NCBI RefSeq assembly: GCF_963921235.1
Contig: NC_086097.1
Span: 48,052,001 to 48,116,000 of the forward strand
Reading direction: 5' to 3'
Source: Mobula hypostoma
Taxonomy: Eukaryota
Length of the DNA: 64,000 bases
Shown: piece by piece, positions 10,341-25,124 of the stretch
Position numbering within the stretch: the stretch's first letter is position 1
How the letters are laid out: each line of letters opens with the position of its first letter
Position numbers and translations under genes: made by a program
Notes under the pieces: generated by a model
Seen by the model: only the letters and a program-made list of their open reading frames with translations
What the model was told of the DNA's origin: nothing
Database searches by the model: none

Positions 10341-12150
10341 CTTCAATACCCAATCCAGTACAGCCAATCCCCTAGTGGGCTCAACAACAAGCTGTTCTAA
10401 AAAGCCATCTCGCAGACATTCTACAAATTCTCTCTCTTGAGATCCAGTGCCGACCTGATTTTCCCAATCCACTCGCATGTTAAAATCCCCCACAATTATC
10501 ATAACATTGCCCTTCTGACAAGCCTTTTCTATTTCCTGTTGTAATTTGTAGTCCACATCACTGCAGCTGTTTGGAGGCCTATAAATAACTGCTATCAGGG
10601 TCTTTTTACCCCTGCGATTTCTTAGTTCAACCCATAAAGATTCTGTACCTTCCGAACCTATATCACCTCTTTCTAATGATTTAATATCATTTCTTACCAA
10701 TAAAGCCATGCCGCCCCCCCCCCCACCTACTTCCTATCCTTCCGATACACCGTGTATCCTTGGATGTTCAGCTCCCAGGGACATGCATCCTTTAGCCACG
10801 TCTCAGTGATGGCCACAATATCATACCTGCCACTCTGTAGCTGTACGACAGGATCATCCACCTTATTCCTTATGCTGCGTGCATTCTTAAGTATAACACC
10901 TTAAGACCAGTATTTGGTACTTTTCGCTTTGATTTCACTGCAACTTTATTGCATTGCAACTCATCCCAATGGCTACAAATTTGCCCCACCTCCTGCCTGT
11001 CTTACCTGACATCTTTACTGCTCACTATCTTAGATTTATTTCTGTTTTCCCCTTCCTCCACTCTATCATTCTGGTTCCCATCCCCTTGCCAAATTAGTTT
11101 AAACCCTCCCTAACAGCTCAATTAAACTTTCCTGCCAGGATATTGGTCCCCTTCGGGTTCAGGTGTAACCCGTCCATTTTGAACAGGTCATACGTCCCCC
11201 AGAAGAGATCACAATTATCCAAGAATCTGAAGCCCTGCCCCCTGCACCAGTCTCTCAGCCACGCATTCAGCTGCCTGATTCTACTATTCTTGCCCTCGCT
11301 AGCACGTGGCACAGGTAGCGATCCCGAGGTTACTACCCTGGAGGTCCTGCTTCTCAGCTTCCTTCCTAACTCCTGGAAATCTCTCTTCAGGACCTCCTCC
11401 TTTGTCCTATCTATGTCATTGGTACCAGCATGTACCAAGACAACTGGCTGCTCACCCTCCCCCTTTAGAATATTCAGGACCTGATCCGAGACATCCTGTA
11501 CCCTGGCACCTGGGAGGTAACACACCATGCGGGTATCTCTATCAGGCTCACAGAATCTCCTGACCGTTCCCCTGACTATGGAATCCCCTATGACTACCGC
11601 ATTCCTCTTCTCTCTCCTTCTCTCCTGCACAACAGCGCCAGGCTCAGTGCCAGAGACCCGGTCACCGTGGGCATCCTCTGTCAGGTCATCCCCCTCAACA
11701 GCATCCAGTACAAGATATTTGTTGTTGAGGGGGACAGCCACAGGTGTGCTCTCCACTATCCGGGCATTTCCCTTCCCTCTCTTGACAGTGACCCAGTTTT
11801 CTGACCCCTGTAGCCTAGGGATGACTAGGCTACATTCAGCTCCAGCTCCAGCTCCATTTCCCTAATGCAGTCTGTAAGAAGCTGCAGCTGGATGCATTTC
11901 CTGCAGATGTGGTTATCACGGACACTGGAGTTCTCCCTGTCTTCCCACATTCTGTAAGAGGAACATTCCAGCGGCCGTTCTGGTATTCTTACTGCTCTAA
12001 TTGCACAATAAGAAGGAGGGAGTAGAAAAAAAGGCACTTAACAGAATCTTAGCCTTTACTTCTCTTTGCCAAAGCCTTAAGCTCTCCACTCTAACAATGT
12101 CCACTCCCACAGTGGCCACTCCTCTTAAACCTAACTTCTTTTCATACACC
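10340..12150 (-). mobile_element. 5' half of a CR1 LINE: ORF1 (Zn finger, coiled coil, SGNH esterase) and the N-terminal APE endonuclease of ORF2
   Basis: ORFs 11825..12037 (CSSY..ICRKC), 11118..11756 (VIGDSIVR, HAGTNDI, DGLHLN) and 10323..10709 (YRPPN, IVGDFN). Confidence 0.93.
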
Positions 12151-13329
12151 CTTGCCAAGTGCCTGGTCACCCAATGACCTCAAGCTCCTTAAATGTTCCG
12201 ACTGGCCCTACTAGATTTTTTTCAAATTTCATGCTTACAATCCACAAGGTAACAGCTTTCGCAATCTCAAGCCCACTAACTGTCCCAAATAGCGCCAATG
12301 GTTTTTGTTAAATGTTAAATGTTTCTCAAACATTTACTCTACCAATATCCCTGCAAGCAGGTTTGCGAGAGCTGTTAGGGAAAACTTTCTACTCTCAAAC
12401 CACGATGACTTTTGGAAGGTACAGATTTCAGGCTAAGTTCTACTTGAATCAGAAAAGACAAGATTCATTGAATTCCAATGTCTGCGGAATTTAATATTCT
12501 TTACTCATGGCATAGAAGTGAATACTACCCATTCTTCAAAATGTGCAGGAGAGAAAAGCTTTACAAATGAAATATTAGATTAGGCCATGTCAGAGATCAG
12601 AGTGGATTTCTGACAGCTGCAGGAAGAAGGTGGGCACTTGTTAGAACACAACGCAAAAGTTATAGTTAACTTATAGGATATGAGCTTCATAAATGATGGT
12701 TTCTTTCCTCTGGGAAGAGATGTTGTGGAGACACATGAAGTGGGTGTGATAGGCTAGGATCTATCATCCACAGCGTTAATTAGTTATTGGAAATTCTCCT
12801 GTGTTTAGGCTAGGGTTCAACAGGCAGGTTGCTGGGCGGTGAGGCTTGATCACGTTGTATCTTTAAATAAATACACTGAGTAACCTGGAAGATGAGGAAG
12901 AGAGAAATACCAGCAATCATGTTGTGGCAGGAAGGAATTCCATAATTTGGTTTACCATTGGAATTCTGTGTTAGTCAGAAAATTGAATGGAATGTTGTAC
13001 CTCAGGTTGATTGAGTACCAGCAGGAGGAGGGGCCAAACCAGTTATTGTTTTCCATTTGGGAGGGGATAATGTAGGTAGAAATAGATATGACAGATATTA
13101 AATGGAAGGGACTAAAAGGAAGTGAGTGAAAGATTTTAGCCCTGGTATTTAATCATGTTGATGGTTAGATAAAACATCCCAGTGGAAAGTAAAAAAAAAA
13201 AAGAGCACTTAACTGAGCTTTTTGCTGGGGAACAAAAGCTTTGGTTCCTCAAATAGTACAATTCCTTAATGAATGAGGGAACCTATATAATCCAGGCAGA
13301 TTGAATTTACCATCACAGCTAGACTGGAT

Positions 13330-14515
13330 GTTGAAGAGGGTTTTTGGCACACTGGCATTCATCAGTAAGGGCACTGAGTATAGAGTTTGGGAGCTTATGT
13401 TATGGTTCTAGAGACACTGGTGAGGCTGGTCAAGAAAGTTCAGCCGCTTGGCATTCAAAAAAGGTAGGTAAATAGGATTCGACAGTAACTTTGCAGAAGA
13501 AGCTACTGAGGGGCAGTAGATGGTTGCCCTCTGGATAGAGGCCTGTGATTAGTGTGCACTGCAGGGATTTCTGAAGAGTCCATTGTTGTTTGCCATCTAT
13601 ATAACTGGATCACCAAATTTGCAGATGTAATGGACAGTGAGGAATGTTATCAAAGCTTGCAGAAGGATCTACATCAGCTGTAAAATTGGGCGGAAAAATG
13701 GAAGATGGAATATAATGCAGACAACCGTGAGATACCGCACTTTAGGAGGATGAACCAGGTTAGGACGCACACAGTGAACGATAGGGCACTGAGAAGTGTG
13801 GTAGAACAAAGAGATCTGGCATTACGTATCCATAATTCCTTGAATCTGGTATCATAGGTAGATAGGGTCATAAAGAAAGCTTTAGTCATATTTGCCTTCA
13901 TAAATCAAAGTAATGAGTGCAGGATTTAGGATGTTATGATAAAGTTTACAAGACATTGGTGAGGCCTAATTTGGAGTATTGAGTGCAGTTTTGAGCACCT
14001 ACCTACAGGAAAATATCAATGAAATTGAGAGGGTACGGAGAAAATTTATGAGGATGCTGCTGAGACCTGAGGACCTGAGTTATAGGGAAAGGTTGATCAG
14101 GTTAGGACTTTACGCCCTGGAGTGTAGGAGAATAAGGGGAGATTTGATGAGGTATACCAAATTATGAGGGGTATAGATAAGGTAAATGCAAGCAAGCCTT
14201 TTCCACTGAGGCTGAGTGAAACTAGAACTGGGGGATATAGGTTAAGTATGACAGGTGAAATATTTAAGGGGATCATGAGGGGGAGCTTCTTCACTCAGAG
14301 TCTGGTGAGAGTGTGAAATGAGCTGGCAATGGAAGTGGTGGATGCACTTGCTTTCAATACTTAAGAGAATCTTGGTTAAGTAGATAGATGAAAGAGGCAT
14401 GGAGGTCTATGGTCCATGTGAGGGTTGATGCAATCAGGCAGAATATCAGTTTGGAATGGATTTAATGTGATTGGGTGAAGGGCCTCTTTCTGTGCTGTAG
14501 TACTCCATGACTCTA
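13330..14515 (+). mobile_element. Decayed CR1 RT and 3' end
   Basis: KFAD-like segment, LSYRERLIRLGLYALECRRIRGDL and a CR1 3' UTR. Confidence 0.9.
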
Positions 14516-14699
14516 CTTAAAAATATGGCAGATGAGAAACATTTTGCGATGCAATAAATTTGAGCTAACAAAATTACAAAACTATTGTTCTATCATGAGG
14601 CTGCATGCTCAAAATATGCCATTACAGTGGTTTCAGTCAGTAGATTTCTCAATGGACAATGAATCCATGAATGCTACCTCACTATTTCTTTTGGGATAC

Positions 14700-16760
14700 A
14701 GTACATACATCCCAAAGAGGAAGAAGTATTCTAAAGGGATGATGACACAACGATGGCTAACAAGAGAAGTCAAAGCCAACATAAAAGCCAAAGAGAGGGC
14801 ATCTGATAGAGCAAAAATTAGTGGGAAGTTAGAGGATTGAGAAGCTTTTAAAAACCAACAGAAGGCAAGCAAAAAAAGTTATTAAGAAGGTAAAGATGTA
14901 ATGTGAAAGTAAGCTAGCCAATAATATTAAAGAGGATACCAGAAATTTCTTCAGATACATAAAGTGTAAAAGAGAGGCCAGAGTGGATATCAGAGCGCTG
15001 GAGAACAATGCTGTAGAGGTAGTAATGGGGGACAAGGAAATGGTGGACAAATTGAACAAGTATTTTGCATCTTTCTTCACTGTGGAAGACACTAGCAGCC
15101 TGGTGGAAGTTTCAGGTGTCAGAGGTCATGAAGTGTGTGAAGTTGCCATTATTGGAGAGGACATTTTTGGGAAACTGAAAGGTCTGAAAGTAGATATGTC
15201 ACCTGGATCAGATAGTGTACACCCCAGTGTTCTGAAAGAGGTGGCTGAAGAGATTGTGGAGGCATGAGTAATGATCTTTCAAGAATCACTAGATTCTAGA
15301 ACAGTTTGGGAAGACTAGAAAATTGCAAATATCACACCACTCTTCAAGAAGGGAGAAAGGCAGAAGAAAGGAAATTATAGGCCAGTTAGTCTGACCTCAG
15401 CAGTTGGGAAGATGTTGGAGTCCATTATTAAGGATGAGTTCTCAGGGTATTTGGAGGCATGTGATAAAATAAGCTGTATTCAGCATGGTTTCCCCAAAGG
15501 GAAAATCTTGCCTCACAAATCTGTTGGAACTCTTTGAAGAAATAACAAGCAGGATAGAAAGAGGAAAATCGGTTGATGTTGTGTACTTGGATTTTCAGAA
15601 GGCCTCTGACAAAGTGACACATATGAAGCTACTTAACAAGCTATGAGCCCACAGTATTACAGGAAATATTCTAGCATGGATAAAGCAATGGCTGATTGGT
15701 AGGAGGCAAAGAATGGGAATAAAGGCAACCTTTTCTGGTTGGCTACCAGTGACTGGTGGTGTTCCACAGGGGTCTATGTTGGAACCTATTCCTTTTACAT
15801 TTTATGTCAATGATTTGGATGATGGAATTGTAGCTTTGATACAAAATTTGCAGATGATATGAAGATAGGTGGAGGGGCAGGTAGTTTTGAGGAAGTAGAG
15901 AGACTACAGGAGGTCTTAGACAGATTAAGAGAATAGACAAAGAAGTGGTAGATGGAATACAATGTTGGGAAGTGTAAAGTCATGTACTTTGGTAGAAGAA
16001 ATGAAAGGGTAGATAATTTTCTAAATGGAAAGAAAATACAAAAAACTGAGGCACAAAGGGATTTGTGAGTCCTTGTGCAGGATATCCTAAAGGTTAATTT
16101 GCAGGTTGAATCTGTGGTGAGGAAGGCAAGTGCAATGTTAGCATTCATTTCAAGAGGACTACAATATAAAAGCAATGATATAATGGTGAGGCCTCACTTG
16201 GAGTATTGTGAGCAGTTTTGGGCCCCTTATCTTAGAAAGGAAGTGTTGAAATTGGAGAGGGTTCAAGGAAGGTTCACAAAAGTCATTCCAGGATTGAATG
16301 GGTTGTCATATGAAGAACGTTTGATGGCTCTGGGCCTACATTCACTAGAACTCAGAAGAATAATGGGTGACCTCATTGAAACCTATTGAATGGCGAAAGA
16401 CCTTGATAGAGTGGATGTGGAGAGGACGTTTCCTATGGTGGGAGAGTTTAAGACCAGAAGACACAGCCCCAGGATAGAGGGTCGTTCTTTTAGAACGAAG
16501 ATGAGGAGGAATTTCTATAACCAGAGAGTGGTGAATCTGTGGAATTCTTTGCCACAGGCAGCTGTGGAGGCCAAGTTTTTATGAATATTTAAGGCAGAGG
16601 TTGATAGATTCTTGATTGGTCAGGACATGAAGGAATATGGGGAGAAGGCAGGAGACTGGAGCTGAGAGGAAAATTGTATCAGCCACAAGGAAATGGTGGA
16701 GCAGACTTGTTGGGTTATACAGCCTAACTCTGTTCCTATATCTTATGGTCTTATAGTCTT
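14700..16760 (+). mobile_element. CR1 ORF2 (linker and RT) through the 3' tail, decayed
   Basis: ORFs 14983..15267, 16075..16389 and 16390..16584, NYRPVSLT, and a TCTTATGG tail at ~16741. Confidence 0.95.
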
Positions 16761-17659
16761 TTTATGTTTTGCTCTTTATTTGTACATTATTTATTTTCAT
16801 TATTGTAATTGACAGTTTTTAATTTTCTGTTCCAATATACTGCACCCACAAAACAATAAATTTCACCACATATGCCAGTGATATTAAACCTGATTCTGGT
16901 TTGTGAAATTGCTGATTAATTCAGACAGTGTTATACAATTAGAAGGGTAAGAAAATGACTAAAGCGCCCAATAATAGGTGACTTAATAGCAATCTGTTGA
17001 TGTCAAACTGGTGAAATATCAGGGTACCTCAGAGTGCCGAAATGCATAGTAATTGCTTTGAGGAATTCGCATAGGAAGCAAACAAAGCATAAAAAATAAT
17101 ATTTTAAACTATTTAAAAAATATTATTCAGAATGTGAAAGAAATTTAAAGTTACACATGAGATTACAGCAGTACCTGAACTATTGTAAATTTTTAAAAGG
17201 AAAATGTTATTTTAAAATCAATTATAGCTTGAAATGGTTATTTTAGGAAATCATAATCCAAAACATGTAAGATAAGATTTTTAGGGCAAGGTTGGACAGC
17301 ATTTTTTTCTTATTTATTTACTTTTAGCCAGCACAAGGCCAAATAATCTATCTGATCTGTAATGAATGTATAAACAAATTCAAAACTTCGTTCTTTTTTG
17401 TTTTATCTGCAAATTTTATTCAATACTTTTAGATTCATTGAAAGTTAATAGAAAACAGCTGATGATCCATCATTTAATAGTCTATTTGCATTTCTAATGA
17501 TCTTCCAAATGTCTGGTTTTACTTTAATGTTATATGTCTCCAGATTGAAAGAAAATATATTTTAAGTGTTCTTTCCTAAAGTAATACAGCTATAGAAATA
17601 TCTGATTTTTAATTAACTTATTTAGTGATTAGAAAACAGTGGTAGCATAATTTAAAAAT

Positions 17660-18540
17660 AACATGCACAGGAGAGACTGCAGGTGCTGGAAATCTGGAGC
17701 AGCACACACAAAAGAAAGGAACTCAGCAGGTCAGGCAACGTTTGTGATCAGTTGATGTTTGGGCTGTAACCCTTCATCGGGGCTGGAAAGATAGAGGGAC
17801 GGAAGGCAGAATAAAATGGTGGGGGGGTAGGAGGTGGAGCAAGAGCTGGTGAGTGACAGCTTAATCTATGTGAAGGGGGAAGGTAGAAAGGTGGGGCATG
17901 GGGAGAAAGGGAGTGATGTAAGAAGCTGTGAGCTGATAGATGGAAGAGGAAAAAGGGCTGAAGAAGTAGGAATCTGATGGGAGACGGCAGGAAAGGGAAG
18001 GAGGTGGAGATTCAAAGGGAAGAAGTTGAAGGTGATGGGCATGTCACCTGAGGGTGGGGAAGAGGAAAGAGAAAGGGTAACTGGACGAGAAGAATAAGAG
18101 AAAACAAAATGAGAGGGAGAGGAACAGAGGGGAATGGATACCAAAACTTAGAGAAATAAATGTTGATGCCATAAGGTTTTGCCCCTTAAATCTGTGTCTT
18201 CACTGTGGCAATAGAGGAGGCAGTGGACAGACCTATTAGTGTAGGAATAGGAAAAGAAATTGGAATTATAATGGTTGGCCACCAGGAGATCATTACAATG
18301 AACAGATGTGGCTTCCTTTACACTGGTGAGACCCAACGCAGATTGGGAGAATCACTTGTCGTGCACCTTTGCTCTGTCTGCCGTACAGCCGGGGTTCCCC
18401 TTCCTCAACCTTTTATTCTGGCTTCTGTCCTCTATCTCTTCAGTCTTGATGAAGAGTCGCAGTCCAAAATGTTGTCTAATAATTTCCCTGCATTGAATTT
18501 GTCTGACCTACTAAGTTCCTCCAACATTTTGAGTGCTTTA
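17660..18540. mobile_element. Penelope-like element with inverted termini (- 17660-18300, + 18300-18540)
   Basis: GIY-YIG motif RCGFLYTGETQRRLGE on + at ~18303-18350. Degenerate hammerhead copies at ~17749-17785 (-) and ~18441-18478 (+). Confidence 0.8.
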
Positions 18541-19459
18541 TTCCGAATAAAATAACAGCTAATTTTAATTCTTAAATCTTGCACAGCTTAAATAAACAAA
18601 TGAATTAATGACATCCTTATAGGTGTAGTGAATTGTATTAGAATTAAAAGGTATTCAAATACCGTATCATCTGTTCACCTTAGACCTGCTTCTTTCAACA
18701 ATTTGTCTCTTGTTCAGAGAATTATGTTCTTACCCATGACAGAATGTAGGATAATGGAGTGAATGATTCAAATTGTTACCAATAACATATGCTCTGGAAG
18801 TGGAATGGGATTTATCACTGGTGTCTAATGTTGAGTATTACTTTAAAAGACCATGTAATAAATTCTCAGCTTCTTTATCTGGTTGTAATGTGCTGGATTG
18901 TGTTATCCATCCATTATAGAATTTGCACAATTTTTATTACACTCATTTCAATAGAATGAGAATTGGGCGGGTTCCACAGAGAACAGGTGGAGCACAAAGC
19001 TAGAATACCAGTCATATTGGAACGAAAAAGTCACCACCTTTACGTCATATACTATTTGTATTTATTAAGAAATAGAATTAAATGAAATCCAACAGGTTAT
19101 GATTAATTTACAACAATTCACTTCACTCACAAAACCTAAAGATCAGTTACAAGTCTGAAAGCTCTGATGGTTAATACTGGGTCAACCCATCATAACTCAC
19201 AGAATTCTTAAGCATCCTGTAGCCAATCTGTGGTACATTGAGAAGAAAAAACATATGAGTGGTAAACTCTTTTTTAAAAATATGAACTGTGAGAAAGAAC
19301 ATTTAAAATTTGTGTCTTTAAAATAGTCAAAACTACAGTGAGAAAAGTATTAAAAGAGTCAAACAGATTCTAAAGTTTTGTTGATTTTCATTCAGAAATT
19401 CTAAACTGGAATTGACCACAGCATACGCCAACAAGTCACACATCTACATTTAGTTTACT

Positions 19460-19850
19460 TCCTTCTCCAAGGATTGGCACCTTGTCGTGGTGGAGAGGCT
19501 AGCGAGTTCCTGATAATCCTGAGTTTAGCAATCTGGTGCTTAGCTTCTGCTAGGGTCACCCATAGTGGTAAGGTCAAGCGGGAGGTTTCAGGCAAACGGC
19601 AACCCAAACAAGACCCCAGTAGTGCAGCTGGCAGAAGACAATGACACACCACATCGACAGTGAAGGTGGAGGAAGGCTGCAGCAAAGGAAGGTCCTCAGT
19701 CATCTTGTATTCCAGGCCACTGGACCCCGACTCCAATCTGTCAAGGGCCGTGTGGTGGCTGCCTGTGCATTAGCCTCCCCTACGTTAAACAAAGTTACGC
19801 ACAGGCGTTCTCCATTAAATAAATCCACCAAAAACCCCTCGACTCAAGCA
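19460..19850 (+). mobile_element. Non-autonomous RTE/Expander-type element
   Basis: 5' end CAAGGATTGGCACCTTGTCGTGGTGGAGAGG.. resembles RTE 5' UTRs. A second copy lies at 26073-26450. Confidence 0.6.
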
Positions 19851-20708
19851 ACCACACTACATTGGTAGAAATCTTAATCAAATATGATTGCAAGGACACA
19901 TTTGCGTAATTTTTGCTTTATTTTAAATAAATAGGATACAAAATCTGATTTACAAAGGCATGTTTAGTCTTGTTTTCACACACTACACAGATTTGTAGGA
20001 GTCCTTAAAAGGGAACAATAAATAGATCATTGAATTGTCAGAGAGTTAACATTAGGTTTGCTCTGCCCCATTAGTTTCGTTGATACCCATCCCAGTATAT
20101 CAGGTTTTTCCACATACTTCATGCTGGTAGCTGTTGTATTATCGTAAATGTTATACCATTGTCTGGTTGAGATGGAACTATGCTGTTAGACGCAAGTACA
20201 CGTTTCAGACAAAATTGAACCACGTCACTTTAATAAAGTGCACAAAAGAGATTCTGCAGATGCTGAAAGTCAAGAGCAACACACACACACAAAATTCTTG
20301 AGGAATTCGGCGGATCAAGGAGCATTTATGGAGAGGAATAAACAGTTTGGGGCTGACATCCTCCATTGGGAGTTGTTCATGCGGTTTGTGTGTGTGTGTG
20401 TTACTCACTGGTCTGCTATGGTCTATATATTGAATAGACATGGCACCATTCAGTCAGCAGATGTGGTGAAGCTGGATGGGTAAGCAGACTGTTGAGCTGT
20501 AGATCAGAGTCTGGGTATGTAATCAACAAACAGTAGCCTGGAAAACAAGTCATAACGCGTTGGCACTAGATAAGTGAAGTGAAAGAAATAAAAATCCAGA
20601 GCTTGAGAGACACAAATGCTGATTTTGAAATAAAAGAACTAGCAATGGTGATTGTATTGTAAAATCAGCAACAATACTCGTACAGATCCGGGGCACAAGG
20701 ATTGTCAC

Positions 20709-21109
20709 TGTAACAAAGGTCGTTGCCAGGCTGGGTTAAACCAGGGCTGTTAAGGCCAAGTTCTGTATCTTTAACCCGTGGACTACCAAGAAACCCATAA
20801 ACTGGGCGGACCCAAGTGCAGAGGAGACCAAAGATGAGGATGGAGTTGAACAAAGAATCTTTACTTGAGGATTGGTTTGTAGCGAACACAGGCTAGGCCT
20901 CAAGAACCATTACATACAGGTTAGGTAAATTCAAAACTGAGCATAGACAAACAAGACAGAGGGAATTCAGTGGAGAAACAAAAGAAGACACAGATGTACT
21001 GATAACTGAAACAAAACAGGTGAAAATAATCGACTAACAATCAGGGATGGAGGAGTATTGGAACCTGGAGGATGCTGGCACCCCCTGGTGATCAGGATGA
21101 AGCATGACA
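20709..21109 (-). repeat. 3' LTR of the Gypsy element
   Basis: TGT...ACA termini. Alignable with 25125-25495 plus 26046-26072. Confidence 0.9.
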
Positions 21110-24100
21110 GGACCCCACCACAACGTACAGCCAGCACCTGATGTTCCAGGGTGCTTCATATGGTGATTCAGAAGTCCCTGATCAGGGCCAGATTCAGGAT
21201 GTCATGGGAGGGAACCCACAATCTTTTCTCTGGGCCATAACCCTCCAAATTCACCACGTACTTGAGCCAACTATGAACCAGGCAGGAGTCCAGAAGCTGA
21301 CGGGCAGTGCATGCTGGATGACCGTCGATGATGTGAGGGGCTAGGGGTAGTCTCTAAGCCTGCACAGAAGGGCTTTTAGGTGGGAGGCAGAAAGTGACTG
21401 GGTTGAACTTTGAACAAAGTAGCGTGGTGCCAGTTTCTGACACTGAACATACAATGGAAGGTCTTTGGTGAAGAGCCAGACCCTTTGATCAAGACGGAAT
21501 GAAGGCCCCAGCTGCCTTCAACGGTTGGAAAGCCACTGTGGCTGCCGAGAGGCCTTCAGCAGGGCTGCATGAGCTTTCTTCCACTTTTGCCAGTAACAAC
21601 ACACTAGCTGTTCAGCAGATGGGAGTCCTCTTCAGACTCCTGCTCAGGAAACAGAGGGAGTGGACAACAAACTGACACTTAAAAAGAGTCATATTTACCT
21701 GCAGAAGAGTGGTGCAGAGGGTATGATCAAACTCTGGCCAGAGCAGATGATCACTCCAAGTGGATGGGTTATCTGACACAAGACATCTCAGGGTCTTGTC
21801 CAGGTCCTGGTTGGTCCTCTCCATCTCTCCACTGGACTGGGGGTGAAATCCCAGTGAAAGGCTGACCGTAGCTCCAATGAGCTGACAAAAAGGCCTTCCA
21901 GAACTGGGAAGTAAGCAGAGGCCAGTAAACTGAGGGCCTCGGTCAGAAACAACATTCCGGGGAAAGCCGAGTGCTCCAAACACATTGCAGCACAAGTTTG
22001 GCTGCCTCTTGAGCTGAAGCAAACTTGGATAGGGGCTCATACTGCCAGTCCTTGGAGAACGGGTCCACCACCACTATAATCATGGTGTTAACTTGTAATG
22101 GTGACAGACCAGTAATGAAGTCTGTGAAGATATGGGACCAAAGACGGGAAGGAGTGGGCAGGGGGTGAGGCAGCCCCTGTGGACATTATCTGAGTTCTTT
22201 GTTCTAGGTGCAGATGTGACAGGCTGCCACATATGATTTAACATTCCCATCCGCGCCCGGCCACCACAACCTCCTCTTGATGAACTCTGCCCCTGGATGT
22301 TCTGCAATACTTGATGTGAGCCCCCACTGTAACACATCTGAACAGATAGAGTCTGGGGTAAAAAGGTGACCCGCTGAGCTGCTCCAGAGTCTGCCTCCCG
22401 CTATTGTACTCTCCTGATGATTGTCTCAGCCTGCCATCAGACTGGTGCCACCAGCCTGGATGGGTTCTGGGACGGCAACCAGGTCTGGTTGTTCAGATTG
22501 CCTGTAGAGGGAGTCCAGCTTCGGATTCTTCAAACCTGGATAGTAGCTGATGACAAAATCAATAAATTAAAAAAAGAGAGGGACTACTGAGCCTGGCATG
22601 AATTTAACCACTTTGCCTCGTGAATGTAAGGCAGGTTCTTGTGTTTGGGCTAGACTGCAAATGGGTGTTCGGCCCCCTCCAGCCAGTACCTCCACTCCTC
22701 TAGGGTTAATTTAGCCGCCAACAACTCTCTAGTCCCTATGTAATAATTCCTTGCCACAAGAGAGAGTCATTGGGAGAAGAAAGCAAAGGGATGGAGTTTC
22801 TGGTCAGACGGTAGTCATTACATCTACTTCAATAATGATTGGTATCTTAGGTCAGGGAGAACAAGGATGGGAACTGTTGTGAAGTGATGTTTCATTTTTG
22901 GAAAGCTACCTTGGCTTCTGAAGTATAACGAAATGGGCTGGAGGTTCCCTTAGTTGGAGCAGTAAGGGGTGCTGCGAAGGAGCTGAAGTTGAAGATGAAC
23001 CTCTGGTAAAATGACCGAACCCAGAAACCACTGGAGCTGCTTGATCATTGCTGGTTGTGGAAAATCCCTGGGGTCTTGCTAGGGTCCATCTGTAGATTCC
23101 CCTCAGAGACAGTAAACCAGAGGAAGGAGACTCTGGAGATGTGGAACCCTTCTCCAGTTTAATGAATATGTCAGGAGTAAACATTGAAGGACCCATCAAA
23201 CAAGTTGGGCATGTCCGTGGTGGGTCTTGGAGAAGATGAGTATATCATCCAGGTACACAAAGACTAAGCGATTTAGCATCTTTGATAAGGGCCTGGAAGA
23301 CTGCTGGGGCACTGACTAAACCAAACGGCATCACAAGATATCCGCAGTGGCGAGTGGGGCTTTCAAAAGCGATCTCCCATTCAACACCCTCCTGAAAGTG
23401 GGTGAGGTTGTATGTGTTCCGGAGGTCCAGTTTAGTAAAGATGGTTGACCCTTGCAGCAACCCGAACATTGTGGTCATTAGTGGCAAGAGGTATCGGCTC
23501 TTCACTGTGACCTTATTGGGGGCTCAATAATCTTCACATGGTTGAAGTCCACCATCCTCTTTTTGCCATGAAGAAGCCTGCTCCAGCAAGGGATGTGAAG
23601 GGGCAGATGAAACCAACTGCAAGAGCATCACAGATGTACTCCTTCATGGCCACCATCACAGGAAAAGACAGGGAGTAGACCTTTCCTCGATTCCGACAGA
23701 TTTCAGGCAGCAACTCAATTGCTCAATGAGGTGGGAGGGCTGTGGTCCTTTTCTTACTGAAAACCTCTAGCAGATTGCATACTAAGGAGGAATTGAAGAT
23801 AACTCAGGAGAGGTGGGTAGGCAGTCAGCCTCCAGTGAAAAGACCATCTGTGGGGTATACCAGTGGACCAGTCAATTTGCGGGTTTTGGAGACTGATAAC
23901 CAGGTGTGTTCCAAGATCAACAGGAACTGCAGTGAATGAACTAGGTGAAACTGGATGGACTTGGTATGCTGTTCTATATGGAGACAGATACTTCCAGGGC
24001 CCAAAGATCTTCCGTCCAGAGGTATGACCAGGACTGATTGTTTGAGACAAGCTGGGGGGAACTCAGATGTCTTGCTAACCTGAACTCTATGAAATTGCCT

Positions 24101-25124
24101 GCTGCTGCACCAGAATCCACAAAAGCTCTGAGGGCATGTTGGTGTTTGTTCCAGGAGATGGAGGTGGACAGCATGACTCCAGATGTAGCAGACCTGGGAG
24201 CCATCACAGACCTCCCTTCCCTGGACAGATCAGGACCGGCAGAACAGAAATGGCCCGGCTCACCACGGTACAGGCAGCACATTCCCTTCACTTGCCAGTC
24301 CTGCTCAGCTGGAGAAAGTTGGGTTCTGCCCAGCGGCATCAGCTCTACTGGGGGAAGCTGAGGGGAGTTGGGGGCTGTGCAAGACCATGATGAGTTTGGA
24401 GGTGCTCGATGACTGGCAGCCCTGGAGGACTCACTGCGACGCTCTCTCCTCCTGTCCTGGAGATGATCTGCAACATGGATGGAGGTTTTGATGAGGGTCT
24501 TGAGATCGTCAACTGTGTTTCTGGCTGCCAATGCATCTTTAATTTCACCTGATAACCCACAGTGGAACATTGCTATTGGGGCTTCAGTATTCCAGCCTCT
24601 CTCTACCACCAGAGCACGGAACTCAATCGCTTAGTCAGCTATGCTATGGGTATCCTGATGAAAGTGAAATAGTTGGTTGGTTGCCTCTCATCTGTTAACT
24701 GGGTGATCAAGCAGCCTCTTCATCTCCCTGGTGAAGAGGTACAAGTCTGCACAGCTTAGAAACCTCTTCTCCCAGGGTGCCATATCGCAGCTGAGAGCTT
24801 TTCCAGAGTAGGCCACTGTGCAGAGGTGAGAGGGATACTTGGTGGGTTGCAGCTCAAAATTCAGAGTGGAGTACTGAGTACAAACTCTCTACATGTCCCT
24901 TGGTTGCCATCAAATTGTTTAGATGCCAGCAGTTTGGGAGACTTGGGAGCAGGGATGGCAGCAAGAACTTGCTGGCTCAGCTGGATAATTTCAGTGAGCA
25001 TCTGCAGTGAGTTCAAAATCGGTTGGAGTACACACTCATGTCCACTCACCATGATTTCCTGGCTGGCCAGCACAGACCGGAGGTGCTCACGCTCCGCTGG
25101 GTCCACATGTCTGCTCAGTCTTGC

